DNA of 64,000 nucleotides from Octopus vulgaris (Eukaryota): NCBI GenBank assembly GCA_951406725.2, contig OX597825.1, positions 67,270,001 to 67,334,000 of the forward strand, read 5' to 3'. Shown piece by piece: positions 1 to 18,683 of this stretch (position 1 is its first letter; each line of letters starts with the position of its first letter). The notes under the pieces were generated by a model. It saw only the letters and a program-made list of their open reading frames with translations, ran no database searches and was not told where the DNA came from. The position numbers and the translations under genes were made by a program.

Positions 1-239
1 ACGACCAAAGTTCTTTTTTTTCCCGAGGTCTGGGGTCTCCCGTCCCTAAGCCCTAGACCATCACCTAATCACCCTTACCCGTCTTGATGCTTAACAACAA
101 AAGCAATCCGATCGCCGGTGTAAAAAGATCAAGAATGAGAGCAATGAATGTTTTTATTACAGTAAAACGACATATGATGGAAATCTTTCATATTGAACAG
201 CAACTGATGTAAGTACCAGCATTGCTATGCACAAAAGTT

Positions 240-660
240 TACAAAATAACAGTAACAAAGGTGGCAAAGAATATCGGCGACAGGAATTCAACCTCAGATT
301 CTGAGGTTTTATTTGGTGTTCACACCCTTAGCAGAAACCTATGTTACCATGGTGTCATGAAGAGATCGAATGAGACCTCTGAACTTTTCCGGACACGCCA
401 ACTTGAGAAGGACATCACAAAGAGTTTAACACTGTGTAAAACCTTGGAAAGATCAATAAAACAGTGGTACAGATCAATTTCTTGTTCTCTGTATTTCTTT
501 TGAACATGTTGTGTTGAATTGTACCTTGGTTTGGCCGAAAGCCACATTGCGACTCAGTAAGACTGTCTGATACAACATTGTCTGGCAATCAATTGAGAAG
601 GATACTTGGAAAGATATCGCCATCAACAGACGACAGAATAATCTCACGGTAGTTATCACG
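240..660 (-). pseudogene. Decayed RTE-clade LINE reverse transcriptase fragment
   Basis: Minus-strand frames give ESQCGFRP and KKYREQEIDLYHCFIDLSKVLHSV (RT motifs QCGFR and FIDLxKAFDSV), broken by frameshifts. Confidence 0.7.
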
Positions 661-767
661 TATGTCTTTGAGTGCTTTATTATAAAAGGAAACGGGAATA
701 AATTCAACCCTACGCTGTTATTTCTTGAAAGGAGTCCACCTCTATAATTTTTCTTTACCTATATATA

Positions 768-960
768 TCTATTAAATAAAATCCGTTCTGTCTGTGTGTG
801 TGTCTTCTAGGATCTCCGGCATCCTCCATCCGATTGCGCTCAAATTTGATATGTAGACACCGACGATATATGGACGTGTATAAGTCGTGAAAAAATTGCA
901 AAAGTCGATTCTAGGTAAGAATGCGATCGATAAAGCCGTGGGAACGTGCTTTTGTATGCG
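768..960 (+). mobile_element. Helitron-like non-autonomous element, 5' part
   Basis: A|TCTATTAAATAAAATCCG...TCTGTCTGTGTGTG start with the same architecture as the complete Helitron at 33858; no CTAG 3' end found. Confidence 0.4.
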
Positions 961-1132
961 CAATAAAATCGTTTTTCTTTGGAATAGAAAAAAGTCTATC
1001 TTTATTTCTTCTTTTGCTGGTCTCTCAAATTTAGGTTAAATCAGTGTTTCTCAAAGGGGAGGTCTATGGGACGGTCGGACAAGTCGTTTTGAGAAAATGT
1101 TGTTTTAATGTTTGACAACTCAGCACCGTCCA

Positions 1133-1154
1133 TTGGACGGGGTGCATTTTGCTC

Positions 1155-1223
<69 letters not shown>

Positions 1224-1292
1224 GGACGGGGTGCATTTTGGTGGTATATATATATATTATATATATTATATATGGACGGGGTGCATTTTGGT

Positions 1293-1335
<43 letters not shown>

Positions 1336-1409
1336 ATGTATGTATATATATATATTATATATGCATGTATGTATATATATTTTATGTATATATATATATA
1401 TGTATATAT

Positions 1410-1441
<32 letters not shown>

Positions 1442-1520
1442 ATATATATACATGAATACATACACATGTATGTATGCATGTATATATGTATATATTTGTG
1501 CATGAATTTATATATTTATA
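1133..1520. repeat. (TA)n microsatellite with three copies of TGGACGGGGTGCATTTTG
   Basis: Motif at ~1133, ~1222 and ~1272 separated by TA runs. Confidence 0.85.
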
Positions 1521-1712
1521 GATGTAAAACAGTCACGATGCTTAGATCTATATTATTACAGTTTGATATCATTTCTCCTATATTAAAATATCATTTGCCT
1601 CTCTCTTAAATATCCGTATTTCGCCCGGACTGTAAATAGTACATCTTTGATTTGATTTATGCTCAAGAAACATAATCAGAACGCCTACAAGTATTCATGT
1701 TTGCGTTCAAGA

Positions 1713-2127
1713 ATGTCGTTTCTCCGAATGACGAAATTATTACAACAACGTAATTATATTTTGGAATGTATATAATGTATCGGTTTCTATATTTACATCA
1801 ATATCTGTTGTATTTCTTCTATAGTCAATATTTCGTTCGCATTTATATACAAAATTATTTCTCATTACGTATCGTTCTACTTGCTCGTGTAATTAATTTT
1901 TCAAGCTCTATAATCACTCAAACTCACTATCTTACAGCGGTTGAATTAAATACTTATTACTTTCAGATAGAGATGGATTTATTCTGTTTATTGCGATAAT
2001 CATAGCTTTAGGGACATCAAACACTATTGGCGAAAGAGAGTTAGATGGATATTGCTTTAGTCGCGCTATACATAGAATTGTTAATCATGTGTGCCAATAT
2101 CCAGCAAACATTGATTCGCATGGATAA
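1713..2127 (+). CDS. Hypothetical two-exon small secreted peptide (exons 1713-1749 and 1967-2127)
   Basis: Phase-1 intron C|GTAATT...TTACTTTCAG|AT joins to MSFLRMTKLLQQHRDGFILFIAIIIALGTSNTIGERELDGYCFSRAIHRIVNHVCQYPANIDSHG*; hydrophobic signal-like stretch and two Cys; no homology evidence. Confidence 0.3.
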
Positions 2128-2229
2128 TCCTGGATTACGAGTCCTCGTTTATATGCTGTAAAGTTATTAAAACAGCTGAACGTTCTACTTCTGTCAGACA
2201 TTTTGAATACATTAAAAATATAACAAGCG

Positions 2230-2940
2230 TAGGCGTGACTCTGTGATAGTAAACTGGCTTCCCAACCACATGGTTCTCGGTTCAGTCACACTGCTTGTCA
2301 CCTTGGGCCAGTGTGTATAGTTATGGCACACGGAAACTAAAAGAAAACTGGCATATGTATGTATGTCTATGTATGTATGTATGTTTGTATGTATGCATGC
2401 ATGTATGTATGTATGAATGTATGCATGTATGTATGAATGTATGCATGTATGTATGTATGTATGTATGTATGCATGTATGCATGTATGTATGTATGTATGC
2501 ATGTATGCATGTATGTATGTATGCATGTATGCATGTATGTATGTATGTATGTATGTTTGTATGTATGTATGAATGTATGTATGTATGCCTGTATTTATGT
2601 ATGTATGTATGTATGCATGTATTTATGTATGCATGTATGTATGCATGTATGTATGTATGCATGCATGTATGCATGCATGTATGTATTCATGCATGCATGT
2701 ATGTATGTATGTGTGTATGCATGCATGTATGTATGTATGTATGCATGCATGTATGTGTGTGTCTTGTATTTGTTCCCAAACACATCACAGTCGGTGTTGG
2801 TTTACTTCCGTTCCCGTAACCGCGCGGTTCGGCAAAGGACTAATATATTATGTACTAGTATCGAACTTGTCCCAATTAAACCTTCAAGTCGGTGCCCCAG
2901 GATGGCCATAGTCTGAAAATTAAAACAGCAAAGGAACAGC
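2230..2940 (+). mobile_element. Decayed SINE family C with internal (ATGT/ATGC)n expansion
   Basis: Head and tail (GCGGTTCGGCAAAGG...GGTGCCCCAGGATGGCC) match the full copy at 45418-45853. Confidence 0.75.
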
Positions 2941-3018
2941 AAAGATATTTGCGGGAAAGGTGAAAACAAAGAGAAATCATTAGGCATACATTCCGACATC
3001 AGTTGTCGACTGAAAAAC

Positions 3019-3231
3019 AAGCTGGCGTGCTGGCAGAAACGTTAGCATGCCGGACGAAATGCTTAACAAAATTTCGTCTGCTTTTACGTTCTAAGTTCAA
3101 ATTCTGCCGAGGCCAACTTTGCCTTTTATCCTTTCGGGGTCGATAAATTAAGTAGCAGTTATGTGCTGGGGTCGATCTAATCGACTGGCCCCCTCCCCAA
3201 AAATTTCGGGCCTTGTGCCTAGAGTAGAAAA
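3019..3231 (+). mobile_element. tRNA-derived SINE family A/B (tail B)
   Basis: GCTGGCAGAAACGTTAGCA head, B-box GTTCAAATTC, core GCCTTTTATCCTTTCGGGGTCGATAAATTAAGTA, tail GGCCTTGTGCCTAGAGTAGAAA. Confidence 0.85.
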
Positions 3232-3309
3232 GTTATCGACTAGAAAACAGTACGAATTTCACACACGTGCATGGATACGTGGAAATACACACTCCACTTA
3301 TGATACGTA

Positions 3310-3353
3310 AGATATATAGATAGATAGATAGATAGATAGAAAGATAGATAGAT

Positions 3354-3396
<43 letters not shown>

Positions 3397-3478
3397 CAGA
3401 TAGATAAATAGAAAGAAAGAAGGAAGGATAGATGGATGGATGGATGGATGGACGGACGAACGGATGGATGGATGGATA
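3310..3478. repeat. (GATA)n/(GGAT)n microsatellite
   Basis: Direct reading. Confidence 0.95.
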
Positions 3479-4750
3479 CGATGTGGCTCCACAGAGGTTC
3501 TATCTGCTAAATTCACTGGCAACGCTTTTGCAGAAACACCCAATGTAGAACTCAATGAGCTCGAATTCAAAACCACGTGAATGCGAAGATTTCTTAAATA
3601 TAGAAGACAGAAAGAATTTAGTCATGTTGTTATTCACTGGTGATTGAAGTGTTAATAAACGAAGCAAATTTATTTCAAAAGAAGAGAAGGTTAAAATTAT
3701 TTTGTTTTCTTATGGTGTGTTTGCCTGAAAGAGAAATACAACTATTCATGGTTTTAGAAAATGAAAATTTTTACAATTACTCATTGCTGTAAATTTTCCC
3801 GTTTTTAATCTAAATCATGGATGTGCATTTACAAGCATTTCGACATTCTGAAGTTAATTGTTGAGAGAAAAGAAAATCAAAGCATTTGAAAACACAAAAA
3901 CTACTTAAGTAAAAACAAAAAATATTATTATCTTAAGATTTTTATAAAAACATTCTTACGGAATATTAAACTCTTTATGTGTCTATACATTCCATATGAT
4001 ATTTCTTAGTTTCATTCAAGCGTGTAAGAATAAGCATTTAGGTAACATGTGAAATATCACTATGTCAAAACTGTTAAAGAATTATTTATAGTTTACAGCA
4101 CAATAAGTATTATGTTAAGGATTGTTTTCTAATTCATCAAAATACCTGGATGATATGAGAGAAAATAGAAATAAATGACATATATATATTATTCGGTATA
4201 TCAAAATAAAAAGCTGGATATGTTCTCAATCTTAAATAAGTAAGGTGATAGTTTCCAGTTGTATTCCAAAATGTTTTAGAAAACCCTTTAAATCATACGC
4301 CCCAAATGTTTACGAACTAAGCGAAAGAGTAAAGTAGCTTCTATGTAGGCGCTTCTAGTAATAGCAGACAAATAGCCCTGAAATAATTCTGCATCGTTTT
4401 TTTTAAAATTAGGATACATTGATTACTGATGTCTTCTTTTGTTTTATTAATTTGTACTAGGAGAGTGACGTAGTGTCCATAATATTTTACACGTCCTCGG
4501 TGACCGTAGAATGGGAGAGAAAATGTATACTCATGCAGGATATCTAAACCAAATACTTTCTAGCGAAGAAGATGCCACTAAAGGTACCCAAAGACCAGAT
4601 GGTGATGTTACACAGAGTCACACATAAAATTTATCTCCAAATCGGGTCAGAGCGGGATTTGATCTCCAAACGCCCCTGTGTCAGACAAATACCACAATGC
4701 ATCACAGTGGACGTTCTAGCGACGTAATTCTCCATTATAGAATAGCACTT

Positions 4751-4958
4751 GGCGGCGAGCTGGCAAAATCGTTAGCACGCCGGGCGAAATGCTTAGCAGT
4801 ATTTCGTCTGTCTTTACGTTCTGTGTTCGAATTCCGCCGAGGTCGACTTTGCCTTTTATCCTTTCAGGGTCGATAAAATAAGTACCAGGGAAACACTGAG
4901 GTCGGCCTGATCGACTAGTCCTCTTCCCACAAATTTAAGGCCTTGTGCCTAAAGTAGA
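4751..4958 (+). mobile_element. SINE family A/B (tail B)
   Basis: Same head, core and tail as 3019-3231. Confidence 0.85.
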
Positions 4959-5541
4959 ATGCATTATAGAATGGTAGTTTGTTTATCGACAAGGGAAGAA
5001 ACAAAAGTAAAGTTGACCTCGGCGGGATTTGAACTCGGAGCGTAGGGAATCGGAATAAATACCACAAGATATCACTGATGACTGCCAATTCATTGCCGGT
5101 ATTTATTTGAACAGAGACGGGGGAGAATGTGAGGGAGATAAAAGAAGACTTCAATATCATGATCACAGTTATGATTCTTCCTAAAATTTGACACAAAGCC
5201 ATCTGGATTTAGGAGGTCAGGCTTAATCAATACGAGTAAGGTCAGAAATGAAGTGGTATTTTACTTCATCGAATCCCAAAGGACAAAAGACATCGTTAAC
5301 CCTCAGTCTGATTTGAACTCCGAGAGTAAAACATTGAAAGAAATTAGCAAAGCATATCTTTTCGACGCCCTAACGTTTCTACAGGCTCTGTTCAGCCGGG
5401 TCTGACCTAGGGGAAAACAATAACGACGTCGACAACGACGATGGAGGCGGCGGTAGAGAAAACTATATCAACGAGGATGCTCTAACTGGCCGCCTGACTG
5501 CTAAAAGTAGCTGATATAATATTGCTTTTAAACATGAGGTA

Positions 5542-5790
5542 AGGATCTTTACCTTTTGACCTACAGATTTATTTCTTTGTAAATAAATGCTTTCAAACTT
5601 CGGACACTGGTAGAATGTGTCATATAAAACATCTTTTACCCGTAGCATTTTTGAGAAAAACTTTTATTTCTGAAGTTATTTCACATTAAAGTTCTCGTAT
5701 TCGGGTAATTTCAACCAATCAATGACGTGTATCCAGCTGAATAAAATTACTGCCGTTGTTTGTCAACAACTATTGGCGGTGTATTTTTCC
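5542..5790 (+). mobile_element. Single arm related to the fold-back MITE at 39821
   Basis: GGATCTTTT...AAACTTCG.A.ACTGGTAGAATGTGT...TAAAACATC shared with 39821-40020. Confidence 0.6.
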
Positions 5791-5929
5791 AGGTTACTCT
5801 AAAATAAGAGTGGCTTAGCTTTTGGAAAGCCATTGACAAAATTCGTTCTCTGTCAATATTTACCTGAGGCGCGAGGAGCTAGCTTAATCGTTATCACATT
5901 CAGTAAAATGACTTGAAGCATTTTTTGAA

Positions 5930-6995
5930 GGGGGCAAGCTGGTGGTATCGGGAAAGCATGCCAGGCGAAATGCTTAGCAGTATTTCGTCTGCCGCTACGT
6001 TGTGCGTTCAAATTCCGCCGAGGTCGACTTTGCCTTTCATCCTTTCATGGTCGATAAATTAAGGTCCAGTTACTGGGGTCGATGTAATCGACTTAATCCG
6101 TTTGTCTGTCCTTGTTTGTCCTCTTTGTGTTTAGCCCCTTTTGGGTAATAAACAAACAGGTATCGTCAGCATGCCGGGCGAAATCATTAGAGGAATTTTG
6201 TCAGTTTTTACGATCTGAGCTCAAATTCTGCCGACTTTGCCTTTCATCCTTTCGGTGTCGATAAAATATGTACCAGTTGAGCATCGGGGTCCATGTAATC
6301 GCCTTAGCCCATTTCCCGAAATTGCAGGCCTTCTGCTAACATTTGAAACCAATATTTATCTGAGGCTAATCAACATCTACAAAGATATTGTGCCATTACT
6401 GTGTATCAATAAGGCGGCGAGCTGGCAGAAACGTTAGCACGCCGGGCGAAATGCTTAGCGGTGTTTCGTCTGCCGTTACGTTCTGAGTTCAAATTCCGCC
6501 GAGGTCGACCTTGCCTTTCATCCTTTCGGGGTAGATAAATTAAGTACCAGTTGCGCACTGGGATCGTTGTAATCGACTTAATCCGTTTGTCTGTCCTTGT
6601 TTGTCCTCTTTTTGTTTAGCCCCTTGTGGGTAGTAAAGAAATAGGTATTTCGTCTGCCGTTACGTTCTGAGTTCAAATTTCACCGAGGTCGACTTTGCCT
6701 TTCATCCTTTCGGAGTCGATTAAATAAGTACCAGTTACGCACTGGGGTCCATATAATCGACTTATTCCATTTGCCTGTCCTTGTTTGTCCTCTCTGTGTT
6801 TAGCCTCTTGAGGGTAGTAAAGAAATAAGGTATTTCGTCTGTCTTTACGTTCTGCGTTCAAATTCTGCCGAGGGCGACTTTGCATTTCATCCTTTCGGGG
6901 TCGATAAATTAAGTAGCAGTTGCGTACTGACGTCGACCTAATCTACTGCCCCACCTCCTCAAAAATTCTGGGCCTTGTGCTTAGAGTAGAAAAAG
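5930..6995 (+). mobile_element. Tandem cluster of five SINE A/B units (dimer 5930-6355, trimer 6411-6995)
   Basis: Repeated core GAGGTCGACTTTGCCTTTCATCCTTTCG; tail-A ends AAAGAAATA followed directly by 5'-truncated units. Confidence 0.85.
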
Positions 6996-8150
6996 GTTAT
7001 TGTGTGTCATTTACAAAATCAATTTATCAGAGAATAGAAAATCAAATTTAGGCAAACGTCAAACATACATCTTTCATATACTTTTGCTATTTCCAAAATT
7101 GATAGGAAAAACGGTGCCTGCATTATGCGATACCAATCATAATTTCTATAAAATATTATAGTTCCTTACACAAAGCAACCATAATCTTGGAATTCTCCAG
7201 TTATAATCTATTGAATCTTACAAATATCTGAGATAAGCGTGAAATAGTGGAGTGTATATGTGTATGACAGACAAACCTGTGTGCCAAGATTTATGTGTAT
7301 TTCAACATATTACTCTTATTTTTATATGTACATTTATACATTTATAAATCTAGCACCTATTGTTGAGAAAAGGCTGCGTGACTGATCCGTATTTTATCTA
7401 AACACAACCATTTTTGAAGTTCTATTTATTTAGTGAGCGACTTGAGTTTTGAGGTCGAAGCAGATTTAATGAGAAGAGCTACTCTACGCGTTTAATAATA
7501 TACAGAACTTGTTAATTCACATAAAATTTATTTAATGGAGTGTCAAAACGTTTTGTGGCACACCTGCAACCTAGTCGTCTCAAACTTTCATCGCTCATCT
7601 TGCTACATATCGCACAAAACACATACGTTCACTCTAGCATATGAAGATCGCGGACTATTCTATATGATAGGATGAGAATATTTCTGGACTGAATTTAACA
7701 TCAGCCATATAAAATACATTGCAATGGTTGCTTGTTTCGCAGGAGAGCCAGTTTAAAAACTTGCTTTCTTTTCAGACAGACATCGTATAATATCCAAAGA
7801 TATCTCATTTTTCCTACATAATTTGAGTGGATCTCGTTTCATGCAAATATAAACTTTAAATAAGCGTGTTTAAGTGTGCAACTACAAAGAGAAATTGAGG
7901 GGGAAATGGACATCAGTATAGAAAGAACTGGTGGTCTATTTATCGATTCGAATTGGTAAATAGCAAAGCTAACTTCAGCAATATTAGACCACAGAATGCA
8001 GGGAGCCGAAACGAATGCTACAAAAGCTTTATACTATCCTATCCAACGCTCTAAAGATTCACTCAACTTGCATCACATATATATATGTTTGTGGGTGTGT
8101 GTGTCGGTGTGTGTGCATATCTATATATATTATTGTACACACACACACAC

Positions 8151-8305
8151 ATGGTAGATTGCTAGCCACTACACATTTTTTTCTCTCTCCTTGTTTCTTT
8201 CTGTGTTCTTTTCTGTGGAAGAGCATGGGCTCGAAACGTTAAAGACTGCTTAACTTCCCGAGCGTTAAACTATTACATCTGTTTTCGTCTTTTGTGAATT
8301 CTCCC
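8151..8305 (+). mobile_element. Short Penelope-like pseudo-LTR element with hammerhead-like motif (CUGU core family)
   Basis: CTTTT CTGTGGA A GAGC-atgg-GCTC GAAA CGTT AAAG at 8208-8244; homologues at 21.8, 42.6 and 43.7 kb. Confidence 0.6.
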
Positions 8306-8306
8306 T

Positions 8307-8347
<41 letters not shown>

Positions 8348-8423
8348 CATGCACACACACTCACGCAGACACGCACGCGCACATCCACACACATATACAT
8401 AAGTATATATGCCTATATATATG

Positions 8424-9651
<1,228 letters not shown>

Positions 9652-12449
9652 TTGATTTATTGATTCTATTGATTCCAGTTTCAGCTCATGAGCTGTGGCC
9701 ATGCTGGGGCACCGCCATTTGGTGTTGCTACTTGGTTTCACTTCATGGAGGCTTTCTAGCAACTGCTATTTGGTGCATGAGAGAGTTCGATGCAGCTGCC
9801 CTCATCTGCCCCTCCTGCCGTGAAGTTGGTTCATCTGGGACACCTGACAGGAAGAGATCCAGCTTCATTTTAAAGACATCTGTATCCACCCCATGCAGGT
9901 CTCTCAGGTTCTTCGGGAGGATATTGAAGAGCTGTGGGCCTCGGAAGCCCAGGCTATCACAGAATCTTGTCCTACATCTTGATGGCAGGTTTGGAGTCCT
10001 TGGCACCACGCAGTGGCGCCCAGTTCTGGCATTTGCGTAACTCTCGATGCCAAAGTTCAGGACACTTCCCTCCAGGATCTTCCAGATGTATATTATGGCA
10101 TATCTTTCCCGCCTACGCTCCAGAGAATATAATTTTAATCTCTTGAGTCTTTCCCAGTAGCTTACATTCTGCATAGAGGCTATCTTCTTTGTGTAGCTTC
10201 GTTGGATCGCCTCAAGTTCTGTGATCAACTTGACACTGGATGGTGACCATAGCTGAGAGCAATAGTCAAAGTGGCTTAGGACAAGTGTCTTCCAGAGGAC
10301 CATCATGGTTTTTTGTTCTCTTGTTCTAAAGGTTCTAAGAATCCATCCAGCCAGCCGTCTACATTTCATTGCCAGTTTAGCAACATGTACATGAAAGGTC
10401 GCGTCATCACTCATGTGAATACCCAGGTCACGCACTGATTGTGCCTCTGGGATTGCAATCCCTCTGGGTCCAGTGTATTCATTGGGTATTGCATTCAGTT
10501 TTGCATGCTGATAGTATAAAGCTTGAAACTTTCCAGCATTGAACTGCATGCTATTCTTTTCAGCCCACTTGTATATTTCGTCCAGCTCACATTGCAGGTG
10601 TTTAGTGTCCTCAGGGTTCTGTATTGCCTGTGAAACTTTTGTATCATCTGCATAACTTGTGATCGTGGCTGTCTGCGTGGCTGAGGGCATGTCTGAGAGG
10701 GCCATTATGAACAGTAGTGGTCCCAGAACAGTGCCCTGCGGAACACCGCTCACTATTTGTGTGTTAATGGAGGTGGCCCCATTGGCTACTACCACCTGAC
10801 TTCTATCCTTCAGAAAGTCATGAAGCCATTCTCCCAGTTTTCCAACTATGTTGAGATCACGCAGTTTGTGACATATCATTCCATGATCGACTTTATCAAA
10901 GGCCTTTGCAAAGTCGAGATATATCACTTCCACATTTGAGTGGTTGAGCAGCCGTTTCAGCACCCAGTCATAGTGTTGTAGGAGCTGAGTTAAACAGCTT
11001 CTCCCTGGTCGGAAACCATGTTGGGTGTCGGGCAGCAAGTCATTCTCTTCAAGGAAGGTGATCAGCTTCCTTCTGACTATTCGTTCCATGACCTTGCTGA
11101 TGTGTGAGGTCAGAGAGATAGGTCTATAGTTCTTGGCTTCCGCTCTGCTACCTCCTTTATGAATGGGGCATATTTTACCTTCCTTCAGTTTTCCTGGAAG
11201 TTTGCCAGCTGCAAGGAAGCTCTGAAAGAGGAACTGCAGTGGTCTTGCTAGGACTCTCTTACATGCTTTTAGGAGGATTGCCGGGAATCCATCGGGGCCA
11301 GTAGCTGAGTCTGTTTTCATTTCATCTATAGCCTTGGTTACATCGTCTTCCTTTATATCGATGTAATCTATCGTCGCCGCCTCTGATTTTATATCTGCAG
11401 TGGTAAAAAAGTCAGTTGGATTGGTGATTTGGAGATGCCCAAGGGGTGGAGTGAAAACACTCTTGAATTGCTCATTCAGTATTTCACTTACCCTCATTGG
11501 TTTTCCTGTAAGTGTGCCATCCTTTTCGAGGAGTGGCCCTATTCTACAGTGCACTGTAGCTGTTTCTTTGGCATACCTGTAGAAAGCTCTGGGGTTAGAT
11601 TTTATGTTTTCTATAGCCCAGGCTTCTTTGTCTGCTCTTTCTTTTTCATGGGAGAGTTGCAGACATTTTTCGATTTCCAACAGTTTTATTTTTAGGCGGG
11701 ACTTTTCACTGCTTTCAATCTGTTTGTTTAGGCGATTTGAAAATTTCGTACGCCGTCTCATTAAAATTTTCCTCTCTCTGGGGATTTTGTTCTTGTGTAC
11801 AGTGGCCTTTCTCTCTGGGACACATTTGTAGCATATGGCTTGCATTACAGACATGAATTGTTGAAGTTTCACGTCGATGTCTGGCGAGGAGAGACATTTA
11901 GGCCAGTTTTGTTTGAGGATCTCTTTCTCAATTTGTTTCCAGTTTGCCTTATGGTAGTTCAAGCTGGAAAGATTTTGAGGGTTTCTTGTAGGCTGCATGT
12001 CCGTGCTCTCTTTTGGCCCGTACATGGTCAGCTCTATCATGTTGTGATCCGAGAGTATTGTCGGTGTCACTTTCACATTATGGATGAGATCCATGTCATT
12101 TGTGAAGCAGAGATCCAGTGTGTTACCTGCCCTGGTTGGTTGGAGTATTACCTGCTCCATGTACAGGGTGTTGATGAGGTTCAGGAGGGACCTCGCCTGT
12201 CCTCGTTCACATCTTGTCATTCCTGGGAGAGAAAGGCCCTCGGGCCATCTGACATTGGGCAGATTGAAGTCTCCCATAAGAAGCACACCTATGTGTTGTT
12301 CTAATGTGGTTAGAATTTCTTCTATTTTTATAAGGCAGTCTTCAAACTTGCCCACATGGCTTGGGGCATCTGGAGGGCGATATGTAGCACACACAACTAC
12401 ATCAAGTTGCCTAATATGTACAATTAGTGTGTCACACACCGAGTTTGAG
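9652..12449 (-). mobile_element. CR1-group LINE family 1, copy 1, 5'-truncated inside the APE domain
   Basis: Open ORF2, short 3' UTR with hairpin and GAATCAATA-type tail, both ends abut (TA)n. Confidence 0.95.
9743..12449 (-). CDS. LINE ORF2 (partial APE endonuclease plus reverse transcriptase), ~900 codons without stops, no native start
   Basis: APE motifs YRPP, GDFN, TLDL, SDH; RT motifs [39 protein letters not shown]; CR1-type C-terminus [16 protein letters not shown]. Confidence 0.92.
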
Positions 12450-15960
<3,511 letters not shown>

Positions 15961-15986
15961 ATATATATATGTATATATATATATAT

Positions 15987-16039
15987 TAAGTTAGACATGG
16001 CCTGGGCCAATAATGGCCGAAACCTATCAAAGTATCAAA

Positions 16040-16040
<1 letters not shown>
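15987..16040 (+). mobile_element. Tail-only fragment of a third related LINE/SINE family
   Basis: CATGGCC-TG-GGCC-aataat-GGCC-GAAAC-CT-(ATCAAAGT)2 embedded in (TA)n. Confidence 0.65.
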
Positions 16041-16131
<91 letters not shown>

Positions 16132-16176
16132 GTATATGTATATATATGTATATATATATATATGTATATATATATT

Positions 16177-16237
<61 letters not shown>

Positions 16238-16264
16238 GTATATGTATATATATATATGTATATA

Positions 16265-16333
<69 letters not shown>

Positions 16334-16350
16334 GTATATATATATATGTG

Positions 16351-16381
<31 letters not shown>

Positions 16382-16414
16382 GTGTATATATATATATATG
16401 TATATATATATGTG

Positions 16415-17654
<1,240 letters not shown>

Positions 17655-17675
17655 GTATATGTATATATATGTATA

Positions 17676-18683
<1,008 letters not shown>

